From the NCBI GenBank assembly GCA_022708025.1, contig JAKIZM010000008.1:4612-68611 (forward strand): a stretch of 64,000 bases of DNA, read 5' to 3'. Made by a program: the position numbers and the translations under genes. The notes beneath the pieces were generated by a model. The model was not told the DNA's origin. It saw nothing but the letters and a program-made list of their open reading frames with translations, and searched no databases. This document shows, in pieces, positions 27,001-35,623 of the stretch. The stretch is from Bacteroidota bacterium. Lineage in GTDB: Bacteria; Bacteroidota; Ignavibacteria; Ignavibacteriales; Ignavibacteriaceae. The number at the start of each line of letters is the position of its first letter. Position 1 is the first letter of the stretch.

Positions 27001-28283
27001 CTTATAGAGAAAATATTAATTCGAATTCGATATTTATAGGAGATTTAAATGATAATGGAATACCTGAAGTAGCATTTCCGACAGAGAACGGAATACAGTT
27101 TGTTGAATTTGCTTTCTCTAATCAGGCTGCTAAACCGCTTGGATTGAACGGTTTTAGTTTATCCGGTTCTGCAATCCAGTTAAAATGGACTGCTCTTGCT
27201 GAACGATTTTACATTTACAAGGGATCAACACCGGATAATTTAGTATTAGTTGATTCTTTGGTTTTTGGACCAAGTTATATTGATAATGCTGTAGAGTTAA
27301 ATAAAAATTATTATTATGCTGTCAGGTCGTATGATCCGACCAAACCAATTCCTTTATCAGGTATGAGTAATATAATTGAAGTTTATTCACATATACCTGC
27401 AGTGCCGATAAATGCTGTAAGTAACAGCAGCAGAAGTGTTATTGTTTCATTTTCTGAAAAGATGAAAAATACAATTGATAATCTTCAATCGTTTAGTGTT
27501 TCTGGATACGGTTATCCTAACTCTATAACAGCAAATAATCAATATTCATATTTATTAACTTTTAAGTCAGATTTTCCTGAAGGGGAATATCAGGTAATTG
27601 TAAAAGACATAAACGACTTTTATGGCTCACCAATTAAAACTGATACTTTAACATTTACTATAACATCAAAACCAGAAGATCCATCGTTCTATGTTTCAAA
27701 TTTTGAAATTATAAATTCATATAAAATAAAAATTGCATTTAATTTTCCTGTAGATCAGACATCTGCTTTGAATACAAGTAATTATGTTTTTTCACCTGAT
27801 AATAAAGTATCTTCAGTTCAAATTGATCAATCAGATTCTAAAATTATATATTTGGATTTAACAGGTAATAAACCTGTAGGTTCAGTAGGGAAGGAGTATG
27901 TTTTAAGGATTGAAAATTTAATTTCTGATGCAGCATCCGGTGGCGTTCGAATTAATTCAGGAGCGGGCAGTTATCTGGTATTATCGATATTTGCCAAAGA
28001 TCTCTCAAATGTATTTGTATATCCAAATCCAACAAAAGAGAACTCTGAAAAAATTACTTTTGCAAATCTTCCTAAAAGAGCTAAAATTACAATTTGGTCA
28101 ATTGATGGGAAAATGATTTTTGAGTTAGAAGAAAATGATGGCAATGGCGGTGTGGATTTTGATCTTAAAGATTTTTCAGGCAACAGATTATCAAGCGGTG
28201 TTTATATTTATCGTGTCGTTCAATTAGATAATATGGGGAATGATGGTGAAGAAAAACTTGGAAAGTTTGCAATCATAAGATGA
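24072..28283 (+). CDS. S8 family subtilisin-like serine peptidase with FG-GAP/VCBS repeat region, Ig-like modules and T9SS C-terminal sorting domain
   Basis: ATG 24072 is preceded by AAAGGAG and followed by the signal peptide MKFKPAFLLIIIILFSFSSIAQ. Catalytic D (IIDTGIDYEHPDL), H (HGTYISG) and S (GGTSASAPFVS). Six D.(D/N).(D/N)G...E(L/V/F) FG-GAP-type calcium motifs. C-terminal VYPNPTKE...SGVYIYRVV is a T9SS CTD. The ORF-track start 23964 lies inside purF and is rejected. Confidence 0.9.
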   Translation: MKFKPAFLLIIIILFSFSSIAQTTYFIKYKSSVPLSAVNDRISEQKISNAFANRQINLPEFQMDYFAKGLGRGEEVLGRIVKIHFSENVDVSDFNSILSNDPDIEYIQTANNYQVDFTPNDSLVNNQWGLEKIKAFDAWNITQGSDTVLLAIIDTGIDYEHPDLKNKIFINPGETGLDQYGNDKRTNGIDDDGNGFIDDYMGWDFTDRLGFPFDSTGGDYLDWDNNPYDENGHGTYISGIAAAETNNFTGIAGVAPLIKVLNLRAFDPGGYGEEDDVAAAILYAVQMGVKVINMSFGDNAFSYVLRDVIRYAYSQGVVLVASAGNSGSNMPHYPSGYSEVISVGNSTREDYVATSSNYGSTIDLVAPGSSILTTSRNNGYAEIGGTSASAPFVSATAALILSRSNFTNEEVKQIIKSTTDDIGEPGWDIKSGAGRLNLFKALSVTAPSVIKFHSPTQDFATSGNNIPINISVLSPYFSSFSMELGVGFNPKNWTNLINNQQYQISNEEILNLDVSGFADTVYTLRLIVNQTTGRTLEERVNFYIDRSAPIAELISLIPAFYGDKTTVLASVYTNDPSIVRMYYKLYGTTNYSFVTLDGFTINNQFVKSLHYGFIPKDLINQNSLYEIYLEAENLVGLKTIIKDKNNDFIVSTSFESELSTDFVQPYSLPSGSIFEDQLSLVNNSKDIILRTNASPKISSIYSFQNNEFVLVDSLNDRIVKAAGDFNNNGLTDLLDYFVRDGFIDEQNSSNSYSFSEKYSNTGGKFWPILAEDVDNDGITEVFSVFNDSTVEVWEVSSSLDLNKVATLTNFSPSGFGFNIINSPNAVITDIDGDGIKEFWMIDQDGDIFGYKITGNNKFEKGYVIQTGFLGSSAYLTAGDFNGDGRQELAVLLHSIDELDISPFYRLVVFNILNNQVNFLFDQALIDASTEFNNTFRRSENSIRFKDIDNDGADELILFVFPYSYIFKFDFGLVKVISYRENINSNSIFIGDLNDNGIPEVAFPTENGIQFVEFAFSNQAAKPLGLNGFSLSGSAIQLKWTALAERFYIYKGSTPDNLVLVDSLVFGPSYIDNAVELNKNYYYAVRSYDPTKPIPLSGMSNIIEVYSHIPAVPINAVSNSSRSVIVSFSEKMKNTIDNLQSFSVSGYGYPNSITANNQYSYLLTFKSDFPEGEYQVIVKDINDFYGSPIKTDTLTFTITSKPEDPSFYVSNFEIINSYKIKIAFNFPVDQTSALNTSNYVFSPDNKVSSVQIDQSDSKIIYLDLTGNKPVGSVGKEYVLRIENLISDAASGGVRINSGAGSYLVLSIFAKDLSNVFVYPNPTKENSEKITFANLPKRAKITIWSIDGKMIFELEENDGNGGVDFDLKDFSGNRLSSGVYIYRVVQLDNMGNDGEEKLGKFAIIR

Positions 28284-28852
28284 AATTTTCCAGGCAAGAT
28301 ATATTCACAATCTCAAACGGAATTAGTTTATTAAGACTTCTTCTGGTTATACCTCTTTGGTTATTGCTTGATTATTACGATTTGCAATCTGTAAGATATA
28401 TTACTTTTGCACTGTGCTTATTTGCTGCAGCAACAGATATTCTTGACGGATTTCTTGCACGAAAATTTAACCAAATAACTGAAGTAGGAAAAATAATTGA
28501 TCCGTTAGCAGATAAAGCTGCAATGGCAGTTGTTGTAATTAAATTGTTTTTAATTGGTGAGATAAATCTTTTCTTTTTCCTGACAATAATTATTCGGGAT
28601 ATCCTGATTTTTTTCGGAGGCTTGTTTGTCGCAAAAATATTGGGAACAGTTTTGTCTTCGAACAAGCTAGGAAAGATCACTGTTTTATTTATTGGGATGG
28701 TAGTTCTTTTAGTATTGTTAGGAATTGACAAAAACAGTTTAATATTTAATTTATTCTATTATTCAAGTATAATTTTAATGTTTACATCATTCTTTGCTTA
28801 TGTTTACAGAGCAATTGAATTTATAAAAAAGAAAAGAAATGAGTCTGTTTAA
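28280..28852 (+). CDS. pgsA: CDP-alcohol phosphatidyltransferase (CDP-diacylglycerol--glycerol-3-phosphate 3-phosphatidyltransferase-like)
   Basis: D(I)LDG..AR......G...D.LADK motif (DILDGFLARKFNQITEVGKIIDPLADK) and multiple TM helices. ATGA overlap with the S8 gene. Confidence 0.85.
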   Translation: MKFSRQDIFTISNGISLLRLLLVIPLWLLLDYYDLQSVRYITFALCLFAAATDILDGFLARKFNQITEVGKIIDPLADKAAMAVVVIKLFLIGEINLFFFLTIIIRDILIFFGGLFVAKILGTVLSSNKLGKITVLFIGMVVLLVLLGIDKNSLIFNLFYYSSIILMFTSFFAYVYRAIEFIKKKRNESV

Positions 28853-29765
28853 AAATTTTAATCTTAATAAATTAAAAGAAGGTTTAAGTAAAACCAGAAA
28901 TAAAATTGTCAATTCGATTACGGAAGTCGTAACCGGCAAAGCAGTATTAGACGAAGTAACAATTGACAAAATTGAAGAAATTCTCCTGAGTTCAGATATC
29001 GGATATGATACAACAGAAATAATAATTGAAAATGTCAGAAAAAATCTTAAATTAGAAAAAGAAAGAACGGGTGAGAAAATAATTGAAGTTGTTAAAAATG
29101 AATTAACAAATGTTATTTCACATAATCCGTCTAAAAATTTTATTGAAGAAAAAAGTCCATTTGTTATTCTGGTTATCGGTGTTAACGGAGCAGGGAAGAC
29201 AACAACAGTAGGGAAACTAGCACACAATTACAAAAAGATTGGTAAAAAAGTTATAATTGGATCAGCAGATACTTTTCGTGCCGCTGCCAATGAGCAACTG
29301 GAAATCTGGGCTAAACGGGCAGATGTTGATATCATTCAAAGTAAAAAGGGTTCTGACCCATCTTCTGTTGTGTTTGAAACTGTAAAAAAAGCAGTTGATG
29401 AGAAATATGATGTTGTGTTGATTGATACTGCCGGCCGTTTGCATAATAAAACAAATCTTATGAATGAACTTGATAAGATCAGACGGGTTATAAAAAAGAT
29501 TATTCCCCTTGCTCCCGATGAAACTTTTTTGGTTTTGGATGGTAACACAGGTCAAAATGCTGTTATACAAACTGAGGAGTTTTCAAAAGTTACTGATATT
29601 ACCGGTTTAGTAATCACTAAATTAGATGGTACTGCTAAAGGCGGCGTAGTTTTTCAGATTGTATCAACTCATAAAATTCCTGTAAAATTTATTGGTGTTG
29701 GTGAAGGTATTGATGATTTGATGGAATTTAGTCCTGAATCATTTGTAAACGCAATTTTTAATTAG
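28839..29765 (+). CDS. ftsY: signal recognition particle receptor FtsY (short NG-only form)
   Basis: SRP54-type GTPase with GVNGAGKTTTVGKLA, DTAGRL and TKLDGTAKGG motifs. Confidence 0.95.
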   Translation: MSLFKNFNLNKLKEGLSKTRNKIVNSITEVVTGKAVLDEVTIDKIEEILLSSDIGYDTTEIIIENVRKNLKLEKERTGEKIIEVVKNELTNVISHNPSKNFIEEKSPFVILVIGVNGAGKTTTVGKLAHNYKKIGKKVIIGSADTFRAAANEQLEIWAKRADVDIIQSKKGSDPSSVVFETVKKAVDEKYDVVLIDTAGRLHNKTNLMNELDKIRRVIKKIIPLAPDETFLVLDGNTGQNAVIQTEEFSKVTDITGLVITKLDGTAKGGVVFQIVSTHKIPVKFIGVGEGIDDLMEFSPESFVNAIFN

Positions 29766-29773
29766 GTTTAACT

Positions 29774-29977
29774 ATGTTAATGAAAAGACCCCGACATAGA
29801 GTTTTTGATTATCCATTCAGGTTCTATAAACCTGAAGAAGATGAACAAGAAAGAAGAAAAAGAAAACTCGGTTTCACTAGTTACAGAAGATATAAACGTC
29901 AGAGAAAGAATCCGATTATTTGGGTAGTCTTTATTCTTGCTGTGCTTTTTATTATTTATAAACTTAGTGTCAGATAG
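29774..29977 (+). CDS. hypothetical small, highly basic tail-anchored membrane protein (67 aa)
   Basis: Arg/Lys-rich N-terminal part (RRKRKLGFTSYRRYKRQRKN), then one C-terminal TM helix (IIWVVFILAVLFIIY). It starts 9 nt after ftsY. No family recognised. Confidence 0.35.
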   Translation: MLMKRPRHRVFDYPFRFYKPEEDEQERRKRKLGFTSYRRYKRQRKNPIIWVVFILAVLFIIYKLSVR

Positions 29978-30016
29978 GGAATTTATTAGTTTACATAATA
30001 TACATTATAGGACGAT

Positions 30017-31846
30017 TTACCATTCTTTTGTTTTTTCGATATTCTCATCTTTTCCAAATAAAACTAAAATATCATCCGCTTCTATTTTATAATCGTGTCC
30101 AGGCATAACAATCTTTTCTTTTAATCCGGATTCATCAAACATTTCATCATATTTTTTTATCATTAATATTTCTAATCCATATTTATTTCTGATTCTTAAA
30201 TCTTTTAATGTCTTACCAATAAAATCATAACTTGGTTTTCTTTCAACAATAGAATAACCGTCTGATATCTTGGAAGTCCTGGATTCATTTAAAGTAGAAA
30301 TTTCCCGTGTCAAACCTTCCGCAAGATCGCTCTTTAAACTCAGATTATTATAAATTGATAATATATCATTTCTGGTAATTACTCCGATAACATTTCTTTC
30401 AACAGGATTATTTATTACTGGTAATTCTTCAATTTCACCTTTGGTTAAAAGTTTTAATGCATAATCCAGATCTTGTTCTTTTAACACAAACGCAGGTTTA
30501 TTATCTGCAATGTCAGCAGCAATAAGTGACTTTTTTAATGAATCAAACTCAGTAATCAGATTTCTTACGTGTTTATCAGAAATAACACCGATGAGTTTTT
30601 CATCAGAATCAACAGTATAAATCCTGTGAAATTTAGACTTCATTAAGCTAGTAACAACTTCCTGTAATGTAATGTTTTGATCTATTAATACAGGATTCTT
30701 TTGCATATAATGCTCAGCAATCATGCTTTTCAGAATGCTGGTTTCTTTTGCAGAAGTAAGTTTAAAACCTTGTCTTTCTAATCTCTTTAAATGAATAGGT
30801 CCTTTAAAAACAATTTGTGTAACTGTTGAACTTACAATAACGGCAAGCATAAGAGGTAAAATCAGAGAGTATTCCTTTGTCATTTCAAAAATCATAAGTA
30901 TTGCAGTAATCGGAATAGAATTAATTCCTCCTAAAACTGCACCCATCCCAACCAATGTATATGTTGTCGAGTCAAGTTTAAGACCAAAGAATGATGACAT
31001 TAGCACAGAAAAAATATAACCTAAGGCTGCTCCCATAAATAAAGACGGAGCAAAGGTACCGCCAAAACCACCAGAGTTTAAAGTTAAAGGAACAAGGAAA
31101 AATTTTAATAATAATAGAATGAGTACAACCCTCCAGTCCAAAACTGCTTTCAGGATTTCATTAATCCCGGTATATCCGATTCCGAAAATCTCTTCATAAA
31201 AATAACCACTAACACCAACCAGAAGTCCAATAAAAATCATGAACATCCATTGGGGAATAATTTTTTGAATCTTGGTTTTTATTATTCTTTCAGAAAAGAA
31301 ATCAAATTTTAAAAACAGGATTGATAATATACCTCCCAGAAGTCCCAAAATTATAAACAGATATAAGTAATAATAATCCCCAATATCCGGGACACTAAAT
31401 ATAAATACAGAATTATTTCCTAAGAAAATTCTTGCAATTGCGCTTGCTGATACTGAAGCCAGGATTAAAGCAGAAAATGTTGGTGTATGATAATCATTAA
31501 GTAAAATAATTTCGAGAGCAAAAAACACTCCGCCTAAAGGTGTATTAAATATCGCAGCAATAGCTGCACCTGCACCGGCAGTAGTAAATATTCTTCTTCG
31601 TTGATCAGAAACTTTTAGTAAGGTTGCAATTTTACTCGCCACACCTCCGCCTATTTGAGCAGCCGGTCCCTCAGGTCCAACAGTGCCTCCAGAACCAATT
31701 GAAATGACCGGTGCAAAAAAATGAAAAACGGTAGTTCTGAAAGAAATAATACCTTCTCTTGTAGCAACTGATTTTATTATATCCAGCACTCCCCTTCTTT
31801 TAGAAATTTCGGGTGCGGATTTAATCATTAAATACTGAATAAACAT
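30017..31846 (-). CDS. ClC family voltage-gated chloride channel with two CBS domains and a C-terminal RCK_C/TrkA-C domain
   Basis: Selectivity-filter motifs GSGGTVGPEGPAAQIGG and GGFGGTFAPSLFMG, then a CBS pair and a TrkA-C-like end. The coordinates use the first ATG. The frame stays open for 84 more codons upstream (to 32098) and encodes a plausible first TM helix (see findings). Confidence 0.85.
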   Translation of the reverse strand: MFIQYLMIKSAPEISKRRGVLDIIKSVATREGIISFRTTVFHFFAPVISIGSGGTVGPEGPAAQIGGGVASKIATLLKVSDQRRRIFTTAGAGAAIAAIFNTPLGGVFFALEIILLNDYHTPTFSALILASVSASAIARIFLGNNSVFIFSVPDIGDYYYLYLFIILGLLGGILSILFLKFDFFSERIIKTKIQKIIPQWMFMIFIGLLVGVSGYFYEEIFGIGYTGINEILKAVLDWRVVLILLLLKFFLVPLTLNSGGFGGTFAPSLFMGAALGYIFSVLMSSFFGLKLDSTTYTLVGMGAVLGGINSIPITAILMIFEMTKEYSLILPLMLAVIVSSTVTQIVFKGPIHLKRLERQGFKLTSAKETSILKSMIAEHYMQKNPVLIDQNITLQEVVTSLMKSKFHRIYTVDSDEKLIGVISDKHVRNLITEFDSLKKSLIAADIADNKPAFVLKEQDLDYALKLLTKGEIEELPVINNPVERNVIGVITRNDILSIYNNLSLKSDLAEGLTREISTLNESRTSKISDGYSIVERKPSYDFIGKTLKDLRIRNKYGLEILMIKKYDEMFDESGLKEKIVMPGHDYKIEADDILVLFGKDENIEKTKEW

Positions 31847-32094
31847 TCCGATTGCTGGTAACAGAATAACAGCTGCTACGCCCAGAAAAAATAAACCTTC
31901 TGCTGTTCTTTCAAAAAAAATTCCATTAAAGAATTCAATTGAAAGATGAAAAATAACCGCTGATAAACCGGCAGCTACACCAATCAGAATTGCATAGATA
32001 CTAAAAGATATATATTCAGGGAATGAATGTTTTTCCAGATAATCTTTTACCGAATTAAATTTTTTAAGAATTATAATTTTAACCTCAATTAAAT

Positions 32095-32946
32095 TCAGCT
32101 ATATTTATAAAATCCTTCACCAGTTTTTCTGCCGAGTTTATTTGCAGCCACCATCTTTTTTAATAATGGACAAGGTCTGTATTTAGAATCATTGTAACCT
32201 TCAAAAATAACATTCATTATCGCGAGGCAAACATCCAATCCGATAAAATCAGCTAAAGTAAGCGGACCCATTGGATGAGCCATTCCAAGTTTCATAACTG
32301 AATCAATTGCTTCTTTAGAGGCAACGCCTTCCATTAAAGCAAAGACTGCTTCATTTATCATCGGCATTAATATACGGTTGGAAATAAATCCTGGATAATC
32401 AAAAACTTCAACTGGTTCTTTATCTAATTTATAAGATAATTCTTTTATTGTATTATAAGTCTCATCAGAGGTTGAATAAGCACGAATGACTTCAACTAAT
32501 TTCATAACCGGAACAGGATTCATAAAATGCATCCCAATAAATTTATCCGGTCTGCATACTGCAGAAAGTTCAGTAATTGAAATTGACGAAGTATTTGAAG
32601 CAAAGATACAATTCACATTCATTCGATCTTCCAACTTCTTGAAAAGAGCGAGCTTAGCTTCTTTATTCTCATAAATAGCTTCGATAATTAGTTGAACATC
32701 AACAGGTATTTTTTCTATCCCAACAGTGCGAATGATTCTTTTTAATGTTTCATTCTTCTGATCTTCAGTAATATTTTGTTTTTTAACCTGTCGATCCAGA
32801 TTAGAAGTAATAGTATTAATTGCTTTATCTAAAAGAGCTTCAGACGTTTCAGTTAAGTAAACATCAAAACCGTGCAGTGCAAATACGTGAGCAATTCCGT
32901 TTCCCATTGTTCCGCCACCAATCACAGCTACTTTTTTAATATCCAT
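32095..32946 (-). CDS. hbd: 3-hydroxybutyryl-CoA dehydrogenase
   Basis: NAD-binding VAVIGGGTMGNGIAHV and 3HCDH N and C domains (FMNPVPVMKLVEV, GFISNR). Confidence 0.9.
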   Translation of the reverse strand: MDIKKVAVIGGGTMGNGIAHVFALHGFDVYLTETSEALLDKAINTITSNLDRQVKKQNITEDQKNETLKRIIRTVGIEKIPVDVQLIIEAIYENKEAKLALFKKLEDRMNVNCIFASNTSSISITELSAVCRPDKFIGMHFMNPVPVMKLVEVIRAYSTSDETYNTIKELSYKLDKEPVEVFDYPGFISNRILMPMINEAVFALMEGVASKEAIDSVMKLGMAHPMGPLTLADFIGLDVCLAIMNVIFEGYNDSKYRPCPLLKKMVAANKLGRKTGEGFYKYS

Positions 32947-32960
32947 TTTAATTCTCCCTT

Positions 32961-34139
32961 CTATAAAATATTCTTTATTATCATTGCTGAAGCCTCACCG
33001 CCACCAATACAAAGTGAAGCAACTCCATAATTGAGTTTTCTTCTTTTCATCTCATAAATAAGAGTAACAAGTATTCTTGCTCCGCTTGCTCCGATAGGAT
33101 GCCCTAATGCAATTGCACCACCATTAATATTTACGTTTTTAGTTGTCAGCCCAAGTATCTTATTTACTGCAAGTGAAACGACAGCAAAAGCTTCATTGAT
33201 TTCCCAAAGATCTATATCATTTATTTTCATTCCTGCTTTTTTCAACACTTTATTTATAGCATCGGCAGGTGCAGTAGTAAATTCAATCGGAGCTTTTGCA
33301 GCCGAACTATGCGCAATAATTTCAACTAATGGAGTAAGTTTTAATTCTTTTGCTTTTTCTTCACTCATTATTAAAAGCGCAGCTGCACCATCGTTGATAC
33401 TTGAAGCATTAGCAGCTGTTACAACTCCGTTTTTTTCAAAGACCGGTTTTAATGAAGGAATCCTATCATATTTTACCTTACCGGGTTCTTCATCTTTATT
33501 GATAATAATTTCACCTGTTTTTGAAGTTTGTTTTATTGGATAAATTTCATCGTTAAACCTTCCGGAATTAACTGCTTCATTTGCTCTTTTATAAGATTCA
33601 ATGGCAAAGTTATCTAACTCTTCTCTCTTAAAATCGAAATCTCTTGCACAAGCTTCTGCACAACTGCCCATATGAATATTATTATAAACATCCCATAATC
33701 CATCTGTAATGATTGAGTCTTTTAGTTCTCCGTGTCCCAAACGATAACCATTTCTTGCATTTGCCAGAAGATACGGAGCGTTAGTCATACTTTCTTGTCC
33801 TCCGGCTATAACAACATCAGCATCTCCTAATGCTATTGCCTGTTGAGCCAGCATTACTGATTTTAATCCGCTGCCGCACATTTTATTGATTGTTAAGCAT
33901 TCAGTCTTTTCCGGAAGACCAGCAAATAAAGCTGCTTGCCTGGCTGGTGCTTGTCCTTGTCCTGCCATTAAAACATTTCCCATTATTACTTCATCTACAA
34001 GATTAGGATCAAGTTTAGAATCTTCTAAAACGGATTTAATAGCGAAACTGCCTAATTGTGCTGCAGAAAAAGATGATAAGACACCGTTAAATGAACCAAT
34101 AGCTGTTCTTTTTGCAGAAACTATAACTGCCTTTTTCAT
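32961..34139 (-). CDS. acetyl-CoA C-acetyltransferase (thiolase II)
   Basis: Active-site NKMCGSGLK, NINGGAIALGHPIGASG and CIGGGEA motifs, 392 aa. Confidence 0.95.
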   Translation of the reverse strand: MKKAVIVSAKRTAIGSFNGVLSSFSAAQLGSFAIKSVLEDSKLDPNLVDEVIMGNVLMAGQGQAPARQAALFAGLPEKTECLTINKMCGSGLKSVMLAQQAIALGDADVVIAGGQESMTNAPYLLANARNGYRLGHGELKDSIITDGLWDVYNNIHMGSCAEACARDFDFKREELDNFAIESYKRANEAVNSGRFNDEIYPIKQTSKTGEIIINKDEEPGKVKYDRIPSLKPVFEKNGVVTAANASSINDGAAALLIMSEEKAKELKLTPLVEIIAHSSAAKAPIEFTTAPADAINKVLKKAGMKINDIDLWEINEAFAVVSLAVNKILGLTTKNVNINGGAIALGHPIGASGARILVTLIYEMKRRKLNYGVASLCIGGGEASAMIIKNIL

Positions 34140-34222
34140 AATCTCCTCGGTTTAAATAGTTAAAATTATTTTTTCAAAAATAAAAAAATAAATGCTAAAA
34201 GAATTGCGATTTTGAAGAATTA

Positions 34223-35341
34223 TTATGTTGAAACCAAAGATATTTGTGAAATAATATTACTTACTGCAACATTCATATTGATATTACTCCTGGTGTAACT
34301 TGAAATATTATCGAGAGAATTAATTACAGGTTGAATATTTACATCAGGAAATTTCTCATCAAATTTTTGGATTGTATCCGAATAGCGCTGAAAAAACATC
34401 CTGGATTCCGGATTAAACCTAAATCGCTGCAGGTCATTGAACCAGGTTAAGAGTAAACGGATTATCAGTTTAAATTTTAACTGGTCTGATCCTGAAACTA
34501 TATCTTCAAATTCTTTTAGTGCAGAATTATATCTTCTCCCAAACGAATATCTCAATATTCTGATAACTTTTTCTAACAATTCATTCAGATTATTCTCAAT
34601 CAGTAATATTGCATTCTGAACAGAACCTTCTGAAAAAGCAATAACATCATCAGTTAGTTTTTCTTCAATATTAAATTTCTCGATCAATATTTTTTTTAAT
34701 TCCTGATCCGGTATCGGTTGAAAATCAATTTTCCAGCACCGCGAAATAATAGTTTCCCTCAGTTTTTCAGGAGCCGAAGTTGTTAAAATAAATACTACCC
34801 TGTTTGGTGGTTCTTCAAGATTCTTGAGTAACGCATTTTGAGATTCTTCATTCATTAAATGAGCTTCCGAAATCAGAATTATCCTATAATTGATATCATC
34901 ATAGTTTAGTGATAAAAATTTTTTTATATCACGAATACTACTCACCTTTATCTGATTAGCTTTGGGTATTCGAATTTTATAAAATGGATTTCTAGATTTG
35001 ATTTGAAGTTCTGAATTGATAATCTCTATGTCATCCTGGGATAACTTTTCATAAGGGCCATTTTGATCTGTTTCGTTCTTTCCCCTTGGTAAAGGAAAAA
35101 TATATTTAATATAAGGTTCTGAAAAGCTATTGATAGAATGAATAAGTTTTGAGTTTTTTATTTTATCATTACTATCAATCAGATTTAGTTCTTTAGCAAA
35201 ACTGATTGCTGCATTGTCTTTGCCGAGTCCGGTATTTCCGGAAAATAAAAATGCGTGGGGTATATTTTTACTGTTAAGAATATTAGTCAGAACCAGTTTT
35301 ACTTTGGGATTTCCGGCTATGTCATTTAAAAAATTATTCAT
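34223..35341 (-). CDS. holB: DNA polymerase III subunit delta'
   Basis: HAFLFSGNTGLGKDNAAISFAKEL P-loop-like motif, NALLKNLEEPP and SRC (ISRCWKI). Confidence 0.85.
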   Translation of the reverse strand: MNNFLNDIAGNPKVKLVLTNILNSKNIPHAFLFSGNTGLGKDNAAISFAKELNLIDSNDKIKNSKLIHSINSFSEPYIKYIFPLPRGKNETDQNGPYEKLSQDDIEIINSELQIKSRNPFYKIRIPKANQIKVSSIRDIKKFLSLNYDDINYRIILISEAHLMNEESQNALLKNLEEPPNRVVFILTTSAPEKLRETIISRCWKIDFQPIPDQELKKILIEKFNIEEKLTDDVIAFSEGSVQNAILLIENNLNELLEKVIRILRYSFGRRYNSALKEFEDIVSGSDQLKFKLIIRLLLTWFNDLQRFRFNPESRMFFQRYSDTIQKFDEKFPDVNIQPVINSLDNISSYTRSNINMNVAVSNIISQISLVST

Positions 35342-35342
35342 A

Positions 35343-35364
35343 AAAAAAGGCGCTCAAGGCGCCT
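35343..35364 (-). terminator. rho-independent terminator after the DUF2795 gene
   Basis: The minus strand reads AGGCGC-CTTGA-GCGCCT followed by TTTTTTT. The T-run ends at the base before the holB ATG (35341). Confidence 0.8.
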
Positions 35365-35368
35365 GAAC

Positions 35369-35590
35369 TTAATTATCTTCATCGTTATAGAAAAAGTCTT
35401 CATCTGAAGGATAATCAGGCCAGATATCCTCAATTGACTCATACGGCTCATCTGAATCTTCAAGCTCCTTTAGATTTTCAATTACCTCATAAGGTGCACC
35501 TATTCTATCAGCATATTCTAATAGTTCTTCTTTAGTTGCAGGCCAGGGGGCATCATCAAGAAAAGATGCAAGTTCAACTGTCCAGATCAT
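35369..35590 (-). CDS. DUF2795-like small acidic protein
   Basis: PWPATKEELLEYADRIGAPYEVIENLKEL matches the DUF2795 core. The tail is very acidic. Confidence 0.7.
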   Translation of the reverse strand: MIWTVELASFLDDAPWPATKEELLEYADRIGAPYEVIENLKELEDSDEPYESIEDIWPDYPSDEDFFYNDEDN

Positions 35591-35623
35591 TTAAGTAAAA
35601 ATCCTCTAAAATTTTATTATCAA

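Noticed and set aside
28833-28850. An 18-nt exact repeat AAAGAAATGAGTCTGTTT, at the ftsY start and again at 36552-36569 between the M23 and hprK genes.
   Set aside because: A rough estimate for an AT-rich 64-kb window, counting both strands, gives on the order of a few tenths of such matches by chance. The flanks do not extend the match, and the contexts are unrelated.
28375-29227. Antisense ORFs 28375-28731 and 28787-29227. Similar cases are 479-769, 2440-2784, 23089-23463, 33196-33543, 33886-34155, 47714-48031 and 62368-62703.
   Set aside because: They are shadow ORFs on the opposite strand of well-supported genes (pgsA, ftsY, folC, rho, purF, thiolase, trpS, mutS2). Their low-complexity Ser/Ile/Phe-rich translations are typical of antisense frames in AT-rich DNA.
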